A stretch of DNA of 64,000 nucleotides, from NCBI RefSeq assembly GCF_000143415.4, contig NW_003314291.1:294674-358673 (forward strand). The letters are read 5' to 3'. Below the pieces are notes generated by a model. The model worked only from the letters and a program-made list of their open reading frames with translations. It did no database searches and was not told the DNA's origin. This document shows, one piece after another, positions 36,148-47,423 of the stretch; the stretch's first letter is position 1, and the number at the start of each line of letters is the position of its first letter. The stretch is from Selaginella moellendorffii (Eukaryota > Plantae > Lycopodiophyta). The translations under genes were made by a program, and so were the position numbers.

Positions 36148-39100
36148 TATAAGGGGTTCCAAATGTATAGTAGGGATAGTGGTTGGAATGCATGTCCGAC
36201 CACCTGAGATATTAATTTGGCTCTCACTGGGCTATGTTGCTCCTTGTTCTACGTTCGGCTTGGGTTTAAACCCAAGCTCCATGCTACTCTAGTTGATGGA
36301 GTACCCTCCTCCTTGCATTAGGCCACCAGCATGCAAAATTGTGCCAAACTCCATCTGACACTATTTTGTGTGCAAGTGTTGGATATGGGGAGTTAGTGCT
36401 TGTGGGATTGTACTTGACCCTCGTTTCGTAGCGCAACAGGCTTGGAGTTTAGCTCCAAATTCAGGTGTGCTACATTTGGTATCAGAGAAATTGTTTCAGT
36501 GATTCCTATCCAACTTTTGTCGGATTTTCTGACTCATGTTGCATATGGAGAGACTCTTCTAGGAGATCCAAAGCGACTTATGTAGGATTAATTGGATTGC
36601 ACCATTTGGTAAGAACGTTATATGCATGTTCAGTTACTAATAGAGGCATGCATACAACTAGTGGGATGGTGAAAAGGAATTGTGCTGATGATGCTGAAAC
36701 TTCTAAACGGGTGAATCGAGAGGAGGAAACTCTTGCTAGAGATGTTATGGAAGAGGCTGAGGTTAAGTCAGAAAAGGAAGAGCCAGATTCTGCAGCATTG
36801 CAGCATATGGCTCAGGAAATCAAGATTGAGAATTTGCAAAGGGAAGTTTGCAAATTGAAAAAGAAGAACAAGAAGAGGAAGAAAGAAGTTGAGGTAGTTA
36901 AACCAACTAAACCTAAGAAACCGGACTCCTCTTCAAGTTTTGAGGACGATGAAGTTCTACAACCGCCCCCGATTGCACGAGTTTCAAAGTTTAAGCCTCC
37001 GAAACCACCCAACTTCAGAGGCATGTGGGACTAGCAAGTTTTGGAAGATTGGGTCTACGATATAGAAAACTATTTCATAGCGGCAGACACAGATGATCAT
37101 ACAAAAGTTGCGTATGTGCAATCCTTCCTCACCGATCATGCCAAAACTTGGTGGCACTAGGTGTGTGTTGAAAAAGAGCAGACTAAAAGTTGGACCAAGA
37201 TGTGGTCTTGTATCCGTAAAGAATACTTGCCGAATAATCTTGGTTTGAGACTTCGGCAGTTAAAGCAGCAAGGGGACCTCATGCATTACGTTAATGTGTT
37301 TTCTCAGAAGCACATTATAATTGCAAATATGAGTGATGAAGATGCTTGAAGTTATTTCCTAAAGGGTTTAAGTTCACTTTCTCACAATGAGGTTTTGAAG
37401 TTTAAGCCAAATATGTATCTAGAGTGTAAGGACGCAGCACAGTAAGTTGCATTTAGTCACTCGCTCATAGAACAATATCAACCATATGCTGGTACCTCGG
37501 ATAAGAATAAAAATTCTGGGAATAAACAAAGTGATTGGAAACAGAGGGTGGAAGGCAAGTTCCACCTTGGAGGCTCACAAGCAACAGTTAACAAAGGTGG
37601 TGGTGGTTGGAGGCCACTAGCAACTTCTTCTAGTCTTATGCCCTCTGTTCCTCCTCCTGGTGGGTACAAGCAGCAACAACCTACAAAACCTGCTCCTAGC
37701 GGAACGGGTAGTGTGGGTCATTGTTTCCATTGTGGAGAGTCAGGACATACGTCCTCGGAATGTCCCAACTAGCATAAGACAGGGTCTCTTGTTAATGTCA
37801 TGAGGGAAGACGGTGGTGGTGAAGTTGAAGGGGTTGACGAGTTGGTCAATGCAGATTATAAGGAAGAGGAGGTGAGTTACTTTCGTCAAGTTTTTCTTGC
37901 AGTCAATGCAAACATTGATCTGTTCATATATCTGGTAGGCTTTGTCCGCAAACACCAAATCCAAGTGATGATTGACACAGGAGCTATGCACAATGTGATA
38001 TCCGAAGACTTAGTTAAGTTGTTAGGATTGAATGCTAAGTAGATGTCGCCTATGCACTTCTAGTTTGCAGAAGGTGGGCAAGTAGCCAAAAAATTTTTGA
38101 GTGATGTTCTAATAAAAATATCCAAGTGGAAAGAAAGAGTGGACTTAGTAGTGTTGAAGATATTAGATTTTTAGATGGTGTTTGGTAGGGATTTCTTCAA
38201 CAAATATGTTAAAGGGATTTATAGTGCTGGACAAAGTCATATCACGTTGAAGTCAAAAGGATGTCCTAATGTGTCCTTCCAATTGCAAAAGCACTCCTCA
38301 AAGGATTGGGATGCCAAGTTCATGATTGTGAGAGCCGCTCAAAAAGCAACTAAGAAGGGATTTCGGACCTTTTGGGTTCAAGTGATGGAAGTTGAGGGAG
38401 TTGGTGACTCAATTCGAATTGGTGATGGGGTTGATCCTGTACCAAAGAAGATATTAGAGTTGTTGGCAAGAAATCAGGATATCTTTCTGAAAGATTTGCC
38501 ACCAGAGCTACCTCCTAGCCATGAGGTTGATCATCGGATTGAGGTCATTCCGGGTTCTACACCACCTACAAAGGCTCCATATCGTCTGAACATCAAGGAG
38601 ATGGTTGAACTCAAGAAACAACTCACAGAGATTTTTGACAAAAGTCATATCCGACCAAACAAGTCACCTTATAGAGCGTCAGTACTTTTGGTTATGAAAA
38701 AAAATGGAACTATGAAGATGTGTATCAACTATTGGGCACTCAATAAGATCACAGTTAAAAACAGTTATCCTTTACCTTGCATTGATGACATTTTTTATCA
38801 ACTCTTAAAGGCCAAGTATTTTATGCGACTTGATTTGCGATCCGGGTATCATCAGATACAGGTGGCAGATCAGAATGTGGAGAAGACAGCCTTTAAGACT
38901 TGGTACGGATCTTATGAGTTCCTTGTCATGCCATTTGGGTTATGCAATGCTCAGGCAATGTTCAGCACTATGATGGATAGAATATTCAAGGATTACTTGG
39001 ACACATTTGTTGTCCTATATATCGACAATGTTCTAGTCTTTAATGAAACGTTGGAGGATCATTTGAAACACTTAGAGCTGGTGTTTCAAAAGTTGCGCGA

Positions 39101-42100
39101 ACACAAATTGTATGCTAAGGAAAGTAAATACACTTTTGGACAATTGTGCGTAAACTTTCTTGGACATATAGTTGGTGGTGGCGTAATTGAGGTGGATCCA
39201 AAGAAGGTGGAAGTGGTGAAGTCCTAGGAAGTCCCGACCACTATATTAGATGTTCGTTCCTTTCTCAGTTTGGCGGGATACTATCGCAAGTTTGTCCGCA
39301 ATTTTGCAACAATAGCTCTTCTGTTGACTGAGTTAATGAAGAGTAGTATACCATTTCATTTGACACCAACTTATCAATGTGGTTTTGTACGATTGAAGGA
39401 GATCTTGACTATAGTTCCTATTCTTAGGATCCTAGATCTTGATAAACCCTTCAAAGTGCATTGTGATGCATCTGGCTATGCTATTGGTGCTGTGTTGCAA
39501 CAAGATTGTGACAAAGCAGTTGGTGTTATGCTAAGGTGACATGGTTGCGTTTTATTCCAAGAAATTGGATGAAACTTAACGAAGATGGCCAACACATGAG
39601 AAAGAGATGTTTGCTATAGTGTCGGCCTTGGAACATTGGCGACACTACTTGGGTAGACATACCAAGGTTTATATAGATAGTAACACACTAAGTTACTTTG
39701 CTACACAGCCTAAGCTTACGCCGAAGCAAGCTCATTAGCAAGAGAAGTTTGCTAGATATGATATTGAAATCATATATAAACCTAGTAAAGACAATATTGT
39801 TCTTGATGCATTGAGTCATCAAACTTAGTTCTGGGCAATATCGGCAATTAGTTCGGACTGGTTGGAGGATGTTTGGGTTTTGTATGGAAGTGATCTATTG
39901 GCGAAGGCAATCTTGCACCGTACGGAGTTGTTGAAGCAGAACCCTGGTAGCGAAGTGGCAAAAGTTGCTAATCGAACCAATGTGAAACTTCACTTCTTAG
40001 TTCGGGATGGGCTTATATTCTATAAGCAAGAAAGATTGTATCTTCCCTCTAAGGATCTGCAACAGTTGTTTTTGCGGGAACATCATGATGTTCCGGCAGC
40101 GGGACATGGTGGAAAGCGAAAGACTCTAGCTTCGTTGAAAAAGGGATTTTTTTAGTCTGGTATAGAAGGTGATGTAGCGGATTATGTCCGTTCCTGCCCT
40201 ATATGCCAGTAATGTAAGCACAGAACTAAGAAGTAGGCTGGAAAGTTGCAGTGCATTCTAGCATCGGCATGGCCATTTCAAAGTGGGACACTTGATTTCG
40301 TCACTTGCTTGACGAAGTTTAAGGGTTATGATACTTTGATGGTGGTTGTGGATCGGTTATCGAAAATTGCACACTTCATTCCAACTGTGGAAACAATGAA
40401 TGCGAAACAAGTAGCAAAGCACTTTTTCCATGAAGTAGTGTGGGTTCATGTCTTCCCAAAGAGATAATCTCGAATAGAGATTTGAGGTTTATGGGGAAGT
40501 TTTGGGGTACACTATTCCAATTGTTTGGTACTAAATTGAAGTGTAATATGGCTTATCATCCTCAAACTAATGGGTAGACCGAATGTGTGAATGCTCAAGT
40601 TGAGGATTATCTGCGGTACTATGTTGCAGCAGACCAATGCAACTGGGTTGAGCATTTAGACACAGCGGAAATCTGCTATAACAACATGTTTCACAGCACT
40701 ATTGGCTGTTCTTCATGGGAGATGCTACAAAGGAATGCTTATGGGGTGCCTCAACAGATTGTTGTACCGGAACCAATGTCCGAAGTGTTGGTCTCGGCTA
40801 TTGAGACTTATGTGGAGCAACTACGCCAAGGTTGGTCTAGAGCTACTGAGGTGATGGGCAAAGCTCAGGATAGGCCATCAACCTGTATGACCTGGATCTG
40901 AAGGCTTAGAAAATGAGTAGACAAGTTCACTAGCGAGCCGTCTGTGCCTATGAATGGATGGAACATCTTGTCCATCTCATTTTGCATGGCAAACGGATTC
41001 CCTTTGGACTCAATTTGATCAGGGTCGAGGAATCGGAGGATCATGGGGTTTTTTATCAAAACCAGATCATCCATGTCTGAAGGCAAGTTACACCACAAAG
41101 GTGAACATGAGAAGCCCATGGGAATTCCTCATACTTGTCTCCATACTCTATTTCCCAACCAGACATATGTGTTCCGGATGATAAAGTTATTTAGCTCGAT
41201 GACTTTTGTTGGATCCATTCTGGTTGCCTTTACTAATGAGTGGTGCAGAGGTTTCCATTCGGCCTCGAGATCATTGTTCTTCTTTTGGATTAGAAAAAAG
41301 GTCTTTTTGGAGGTGATTTTGATGCGCGAAGGGTAAGTTGACAAGATGTGTCATAGCCGTCATAAGGCTTTGTTCTCCCTCAAGGGGGATGGCCTCGTAG
41401 CACTTGGTGATATCTCCCGTATAGATCGTGGTGATCCTGTCTGGGAGATTAATTGCGAACTCCTATGTGGATCCACGTCTTTCCTCCAAAGAATTTTGCC
41501 CATGCACAGAAATGATCAGCTATATTCTATACTTGGGTCAGTTTTGGTAGGCTAACTTCGGCACTTCGGTGCAAGGGTCTAATCCATAACTATGGGGATA
41601 ATTATTATAGACTGATCACATGTCCCTGCCTCTCTCTCGATGACTCATTTTTTTGAAAAGGGGCATGGTCATGTAAACAACTTAATCTGCCAGTTTATAA
41701 TAGTTATCTAAATCTTCCTTTGCTCAGGGGAAGTTGGGCCTCTGGCCTTCTCCCTATGTCCCTGCGGGCAAGGATGTATCACTCCTTTGTAAGCTGAGTG
41801 GTACTTGGAGCAGTAAGGGTGGCTAACTCCATTAGTCATTTCCTTGTTAGCAACGGTCGAAGGGTGTCTAGGTCATAACATCTTTGGACGTAAAGGAGAG
41901 GTCGTTCCATAACTCATTTAAGTCGGTGTGTTTCCCATATAGTGTGCTTTTCATTAACTTTCAGAGTTGTTTCCTTAACGGTTTGCTAAACTCGGGTATG
42001 CACCGATGAGGACATCGATCTTCCGCAAATGTGACTTTGGGTATCGAAAGATATTTGTCGGCCAGTCCTTACGGATACTCTTTCCTTACTGCCATAACGG

Positions 42101-42912
42101 TAGGAAGTCGGTATAGTTGGATCCCTTTGGTGGCCCCTGTTGTGCTAGTGGAGTTAACTAGGCATTTTGAGTGTACTTAGAGTGGACAAGCATAAGGACG
42201 GAATTCTTATGTGTTATTAACTAAGCATACTTAGCCTGGTAAGAAGTTCCTATCTCGTTATGTCTTGCACTGACTAGTGACAAGAACCTTCGTGTGTTGA
42301 GACTAGTTTCTCAATATCGCTAGATGATAGTTTACCATGTCTACCAAACATCATACCCTTTGTATTAGTCTCATTTCAATCCTAAATGCTATTCATGGAA
42401 AGTGTCTAGATTCGCTCATTTGACATATCTACGAAATGTAGATATTGGCCCAAACACAATGGTGTTCGTCCTGTGTTCAAATTCACAATCTAAGGACATT
42501 CCATATTTAATAAGTTTCAAGTTTGTCCCAGAAACTAACTCTTGGTACTAAAGGAGGTTTAGGGTGAAGGGGGGGGGGGGTGGTTATAGGGGGTTCCAAA
42601 TGTATAGTAGGAATAGTGGTTAAAATGTATATTTGATCATCTAAAACATTAGTTTGGCTCTTGCTAGGCTGTGTCACTCCTTGTTCTATGTCTGGCTTGG
42701 GTTTAAGCCCAAGCTCCATGCTACTCTAATCAGTGGGGTACCTTTTTCCTCGCGTTAAGACATTGGTATGCCAAAATTGTGCCAGACTCTATCTGACACC
42801 ATTTTGCATGCAAGTGTTGGATACGGGGAGCTAGTGCTTGTGGGATTGTACTGGACTTTCGTTTTATAGCACAACAGATTTGGAGTTTGGCTCTAAATTC
42901 ATATGCACTACA
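36148..42912 (+). mobile_element. Decayed Ty3/gypsy LTR retrotransposon (5' LTR ~36148-36474, PBS 36477-36487, gag-PR-RT-RH-INT ~36650-40870, PPT ~42555-42580, 3' LTR ~42585-42912)
   Basis: Two ~327-bp direct repeats ending CTACA, a tRNA-iMet-type PBS TGGTATCAGAG, zinc knuckle CFHCGESGHTSSEC, protease IDTGA, RT LDLRSGYHQ..MPFGLCNA..YIDN, RNase H CDASGYAIGAVL, integrase HD..GHGG..VVVDRLSK..YHPQTNG. Many stops. Confidence 0.93.
40875..42500 (-). mobile_element. Penelope-like (PLE/TERT-class) reverse transcriptase remnant, antisense inside the gypsy element (RT core ~40890-41470)
   Basis: Minus strand IYTGDITKCYEAIPL (motif A), VWRQV*GIPMGFSCSPLWCNL (motif B), MDDLVL (motif C), THFLSLQI (motif E). 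The upstream limit is approximate. Confidence 0.72.
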
Positions 42913-43237
42913 AATTACTAATGTTGAGTGTGTCATCCTACTATAAATACCTTTGCTTGTGAAGAAAACAACATGAATGGCTTGAAGAAACTCTATCTTT
43001 TGGATCAATCAAGGTAATGTATCATTTAAAATTTTATCCTTTATTCTAAAGGTTACTTCTCACAAAAAATAATCTTTATCACTATAGGATGATTCTACAT
43101 TAGGATGACTATTAAGGTTCAAAGATCGTCCATCACCCCTATGCCATCATAAAATTTGAAATTCTTTTAAATACACTCGGTAAGTTTTGTGTCGTTTTTC
43201 TTATAAACTTTTCACTATCTCGTTTCCTTCTTTACAG

Positions 43238-44027
43238 CTCTTACAAAGAGCGTGGGTCTCCGGCAAGATGCTCGTGTTGATGAAAGAGCTTACTGGCTTA
43301 TGGGAGCTACAAGTATCTCGGCATCCCTCGCGATACCGTTGGTGTATCCCAGACTATTTTCCATCCACAACATACCAAAGGTACTAGTTATCTCTTTGGT
43401 ACTCTGATTAAAGCGCATTTTGCACAGCTGGACGAGTCGAGTCTACCACCAACGCTTCCTCTATCAAGCGAGAACCTGGACCCAGAAGGAATCTTTCTTT
43501 TGGAGACCGGTGAGGACGCTTTTCTATACGCAGGGAAGGCTGTCTCCTCTGAGCTGCTTCATCAACTCTTTGAAGTGCGGTCTGTGAACGAAGTGATTCC
43601 CGGACAGGTACTTCATTCCCTCGCTCGTATGACTCGTAATTTTCTTACTCTTGTTCTCTTTTGCAGTTTTTGTTGCAAGAGTACGATAACGAGCCATCAA
43701 TTTTGCTGAACAAGATGGTGAACGATATCCGTCGCCAACACTGCTCTTACCTGCGGTATGTTTCGATAAAAGAAAACTCTCACTAGTCTTTCTAATGCGG
43801 ATGCTTGCTATTCTAGGTTGCATTTGCTGAAGCGGGGAGATCCTTTAGGTGATCAAACACTCTCATTTTTTTCTTTTTCGAGGCACTCTTGCTCATTCGG
43901 TTTTGTTACAGAGATGATGTTCCACTCCTTCATGATCGAGGACAAGAGCGGGCTGGGCTCGTCTTATGTGGAGTTCCTTGTCTACGTGCACAGGCAAATC
44001 TAGGTAAAAATGCAGTCTGGGAGCTGA
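43238..44027 (+). pseudogene. SEC24: SEC24 (SEC24C/CEF-like) 3' fragment, 5 exons, 5'-truncated
   Basis: LTKSVGLR..AIPLVYPRLFSIH, LPLSSENLDPEGIFLLETGED, LQEYDN..DIRRQHCSYLR, IEDKSGLGSSYVEFLVYVHRQI*. TAG at 44001 replaces the expected Gln, and no upstream exons are visible. Confidence 0.85.
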
Positions 44028-44445
44028 GGTCACTAAAAGCGGAAGAAATTCATTCAATAACATTCCTCATTAGACATGAATCTAAAAAAATTCTCAAGCA
44101 TAGCATTTGCAAGAATTATGTTTTGGCAAACCCAGACGTTGTAAGACATTAATGTTTTTTACTACAATGAAAGGACAAATACCCAAAACGTCTGACTTCG
44201 TTCTTGACACGGTCGAAGATCTACATCCGTATCCGCATGGCTTCACATTTTACTTTTCAACGTCGAAAAAGTCAGCGAGTTATCCGGAACTGAACTATAA
44301 CACGCTCTCCTGCACTATAAATCCTCCCACTCTATACTCAAGCACATCAAAGCTCACACTCAAGCCTCTCCAAGTTTCTCTAGCTTTCTCCAATCTCGTT
44401 CACAGGTCTGGGATCACATCAAAGCAAGAGGCGTTCTTAAAAAAG

Positions 44446-44715
44446 ATGGCGAGCAACAAGATGCTGTTAGCGATGCTTGTGGTGGTGCTCCTGGTGGGAG
44501 TTGACATTGGAGGAATTGCAAGTGCGAGCGCCCAGGGGCAATGCAAGCCGGGGTGGCACTGGGATGGAAATCACTGCGTCCTTTGCCTGCTTGGCTGGTA
44601 CTGGTACAACAATTCTTGCCAACGCTGCCCGATCAACTGGTACTGGTATGACAACTCTTGCCACCGCTGCCAGATGGGCTGGCGCTGGACTGGAAGTTTC
44701 TGCAACGAGAACTGA
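44446..44715 (+). CDS. Small secreted Cys/Trp-repeat peptide (4 x CxxGWxWxxxxCxx), copy A1, intact
   Basis: MASNKMLLAMLVVVLLVGVDIGGIASASA-QGQCKPGWHWDGNHCVLCLLGWYWYNNSCQRCPINWYWYDNSCHRCQMGWRWTGSFCNEN*. TATAAA at 44316, AATAAA at about 44803. Confidence 0.8.
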   Translation: MASNKMLLAMLVVVLLVGVDIGGIASASAQGQCKPGWHWDGNHCVLCLLGWYWYNNSCQRCPINWYWYDNSCHRCQMGWRWTGSFCNEN

Positions 44716-45166
44716 AGTTGCCCATCAAGATCCAAGCTCATGTAACATGTCAATGACAATAATCATTGTAGTTGTGCTGTTTCTTGTGATAACCTTTTGG
44801 TGAATAAAATGTGTGTGCTTTTCTTTCCATGACATCCCATTCTAAGGCTCGGTTTCCTCACCCAGAATCCGCTTGACGAGAGACTTGCTGCCAGTTTCAC
44901 TTTTAGTTTCTAGCAACTCGAGCAGCAAGATTATCGAAATACCGAAGTCTTGCGCTGCTGAGTTTCATACTCGAGACAAGAGATGAGAGAGAAATGTGAA
45001 TCATGCTTCTTAGTTTGGCCACAAGTATGAGTGGACTTTAAGAAATTACGGTTAGTAAAATTTCTTGCAGTTTCTAGCTATTTACTTTTAAAAATATTAT
45101 CATACTTTTTAATGCATTGTCTTCTGATGATCTCACGGGACTTAAATAGAGACTGTTTCATCTGGA

Positions 45167-45179
45167 TTGACCCCGTCAA
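45167..45179. promoter_or_regulatory. Inverted W-box pair TTGACCCCGTCAA (repeated at 46921-46933)
   Basis: TTGAC cores on both strands, about 180-200 bp upstream of both B-type peptide genes. Confidence 0.55.
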
Positions 45180-45368
45180 TCAAGCACAAACACGACATGT
45201 CATGCCGGAGACGCAGTAAAAACCGTGTGCATAGCAGTCTTATTCAGCCTCAAATCCTCCATATAAATTGGTCCCACATTGGCAACACCATAACCCAGCA
45301 AAGCATTTAATCAAGAGAAAGAAGAGATACAAGAAAAGCAATCAGTTTGCATTTCTATTGACGATACA

Positions 45369-45670
45369 ATGGCGAGCAAGTCCCAGCTGATGCTTCTGGC
45401 CATGTTTGTGACAATCCTCCTGGTTGGAGTGGACGTTAAAGCGCAGCAGCCCAGCAGAAATGCAAATCTGGCTGGAACTGGGACGGCCACAAGTGCATCC
45501 AGTGCCCCAAAGGCTGGTACTGGTATAGCAACGATTGCCACCAATGTCTCTCCGGTTGGAAGTGGAGTGGAAGCAAATGCGTGAGTTGCCCGAGCAACTG
45601 GTACTGGTACAACAACAAGTGCCACCATGCCAATTTGGCTGGAAATGGAGCAAGGACCATTACATCCAAG
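45369..45670 (+). pseudogene. Cys/Trp-repeat peptide copy B1 (5 repeats), frameshifted
   Basis: Signal peptide MASKSQLMLLAMFVTILLVGVDV, then out of frame CKSGWNWDGHKCIQCPKGWYWYSNDCHQCLSGWKWSGSKCVSCPSNWYWYNNKCH-/-CQFGWKWSK. Confidence 0.8.
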
Positions 45671-45746
45671 TTGGAATCCAATATTTGATGGATCGTCACA
45701 AAATAATTGTCCCATGTCCATTTGGTTATGAAAGTATATGAAAGAT

Positions 45747-45775
45747 GTGAGAGAGGCTCGAACTCCCGACCTCAG
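45747..45775 (-). pseudogene. tRNA 3'-half remnant (elongator tRNA-Met-like T-arm); more decayed copy at 47500-47522
   Basis: Minus strand CTGAGGTCGGGAGTTCGAGCCTCTCTCAC contains the B-box GTTCGA and resembles the plant tRNA-Met(e) 3' end. No 5' half. Confidence 0.55.
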
Positions 45776-46244
45776 ACTGCCCTGCTTTCTTTCTTTCTAA
45801 CCTTTATTTATCCTGCGTGAATAATTAGCTGCATTCTACGACTAATTTTTACTTCTAGCCAAGATACTCCACGAACACAAAAGGAAGTGTCTATGTCATC
45901 TTTTCGACATTGTTTGAGGTAAACTTCAAGAAAAGTTTACGTGAATTTTCTAGTTCACTTGGTTTCCATCCTTCCCCACAGGATTGTGTTGTCTCAAACA
46001 CGAGGACCAAATCTGGATCAATCAGTACCCAGTCCAAGCCAAGGCCGCATTGTATCACAGCTTCACATTTGACTTTTTAACGTAGATATTGTCAATGAGT
46101 AGCCCTGAACTAGCTTGGAGAAACTTGAAGTGTTGGATGGGAGGATTTACAGTTCTAGGCGGTGACCACGTCTTACAGGATTAGCACTCAAAGTTTCTTA
46201 TCGTTTGCAAGTCGAGACAGAGGCAAGAGGAGAGTTTTAAGAAA

Positions 46245-46518
46245 ATGGCGAGCAACAAGAAGAGCGTGAGGCGGTGCTCCTGGTGGGAGGCATTGCAAAT
46301 GCAAGCGCCCTGACGTGGGAATGCAAGTCGGGGTGGCACTGGGATACGATTAGGAAGAAGTGCGTCTTTGGTACAACAATTCCTGCCACCGATGCCCGGA
46401 GTATTGGTTCTGGTATACCAGTTCTTGCCACCGCTGCTCTGTTGGCACTGGTATGACATCGGTTGCCACCGATGCGAAAATTGGCTGGCGCTGGACTGGA
46501 AGGTTCTGTAAGAACTGA
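46245..46518 (+). pseudogene. Cys/Trp-repeat peptide copy A2, multiple deletions
   Basis: MASNK..GIANASA..ECKSGWHWD..YNNSCHRCPEYWFWYTSSCHRC..GWRWTGRFCKN*, spread across frames. Confidence 0.78.
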
Positions 46519-47103
46519 ATTGCCCATCATTTCCATGCTGAAACTTGTATAATAGCCAATTGTAATAACCTTTTGGTAAATAAACTGTGTCGTCCATTCT
46601 ACGGTAGCGGAAGTCCCATGTCCTCGGCAGGATCGGACGAGATTTCATCCTGCCTTGCTGCTTAAGTTTCATTTTCTAATATTTCATAAAGTTTTTTCGG
46701 AATGTTTAGAAGCTTTTTCTCCACCATATCAATAAGTGCGTTCACTTTTGAAAACATTATCATATTTTTTAATGCATATGAGGCAATTCATATAAAATAG
46801 TGATTGATTGCAACGAGATAGATAGATAGATAAACATTTTTATAGTCACCGGGATATTTTTGATAATTTCACAAGGAAACTCGAGGTTGTTTCATCTGGA
46901 TAAATTCGTACACTTGTTTATTGACCCCGTCAATCAAGCACAAACACGACATATCGTGCCCGAGAAGCAGTAAAAACCGTGTACATAGCAGTGTTGCTTA
47001 GACTCAGCCTCAAATCCTCCATCTAAATTGGCACCATAATACAGCAAAGCAAAGAAGGGATACAAGAAAAGAAATTAGTTTACATTTCTAGATTAACAAT
47101 ACA

Positions 47104-47423
47104 ATGGTGAGCAAGTCCCAGCTGATGCTTCTGCCCATGTTTGTGACAATCCTCCTGGTTGGAGTGGACGTCAGTGGGATCACCAACGCAGCAGCCCAGC
47201 GGCAATGCAAAATCTGGATGGAACTGGGACGGCCATAAGTGCATCCAGTGTCCCAAAGGCTGGTATTGGTATAGCAGCAATTGCCACCGATGCCTCTCCA
47301 GATGGAAGTGGAGTGGAAGCAAATGCGTGAGTTGCCCGAGAAACTGGTACTGGTACAACAACAAGTGCCACCAATGCCAGTTTTGCTGGAAATGGAGCAA
47401 AGGACCACTGCATCAAGAACTGA
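47104..47423 (+). pseudogene. Cys/Trp-repeat peptide copy B2 (5 repeats); two single-A insertions in A-runs, so possibly an intact gene
   Basis: MVSKSQLMLLPMFVTILLVGVDVSGITNAAAQRQCK(+A)SGWNWDGHKCIQCPKGWYWYSSNCHRCLSRWKWSGSKCVSCPRNWYWYNNKCHQCQFCWKWSK(+A)DHCIKN*. Confidence 0.78.

Noticed and set aside
42556-42564. TTTAGGG next to the PLE remnant as telomeric priming evidence
   Set aside because: Single copy that is part of the gypsy polypurine tract; chance occurrence is likely.
44107-44445. 113-aa N-terminal extension of the 202-aa ORF
   Set aside because: Non-ATG start, and it runs through the TATA box. Paralogues align from the MAS(N/K) start at 44446.
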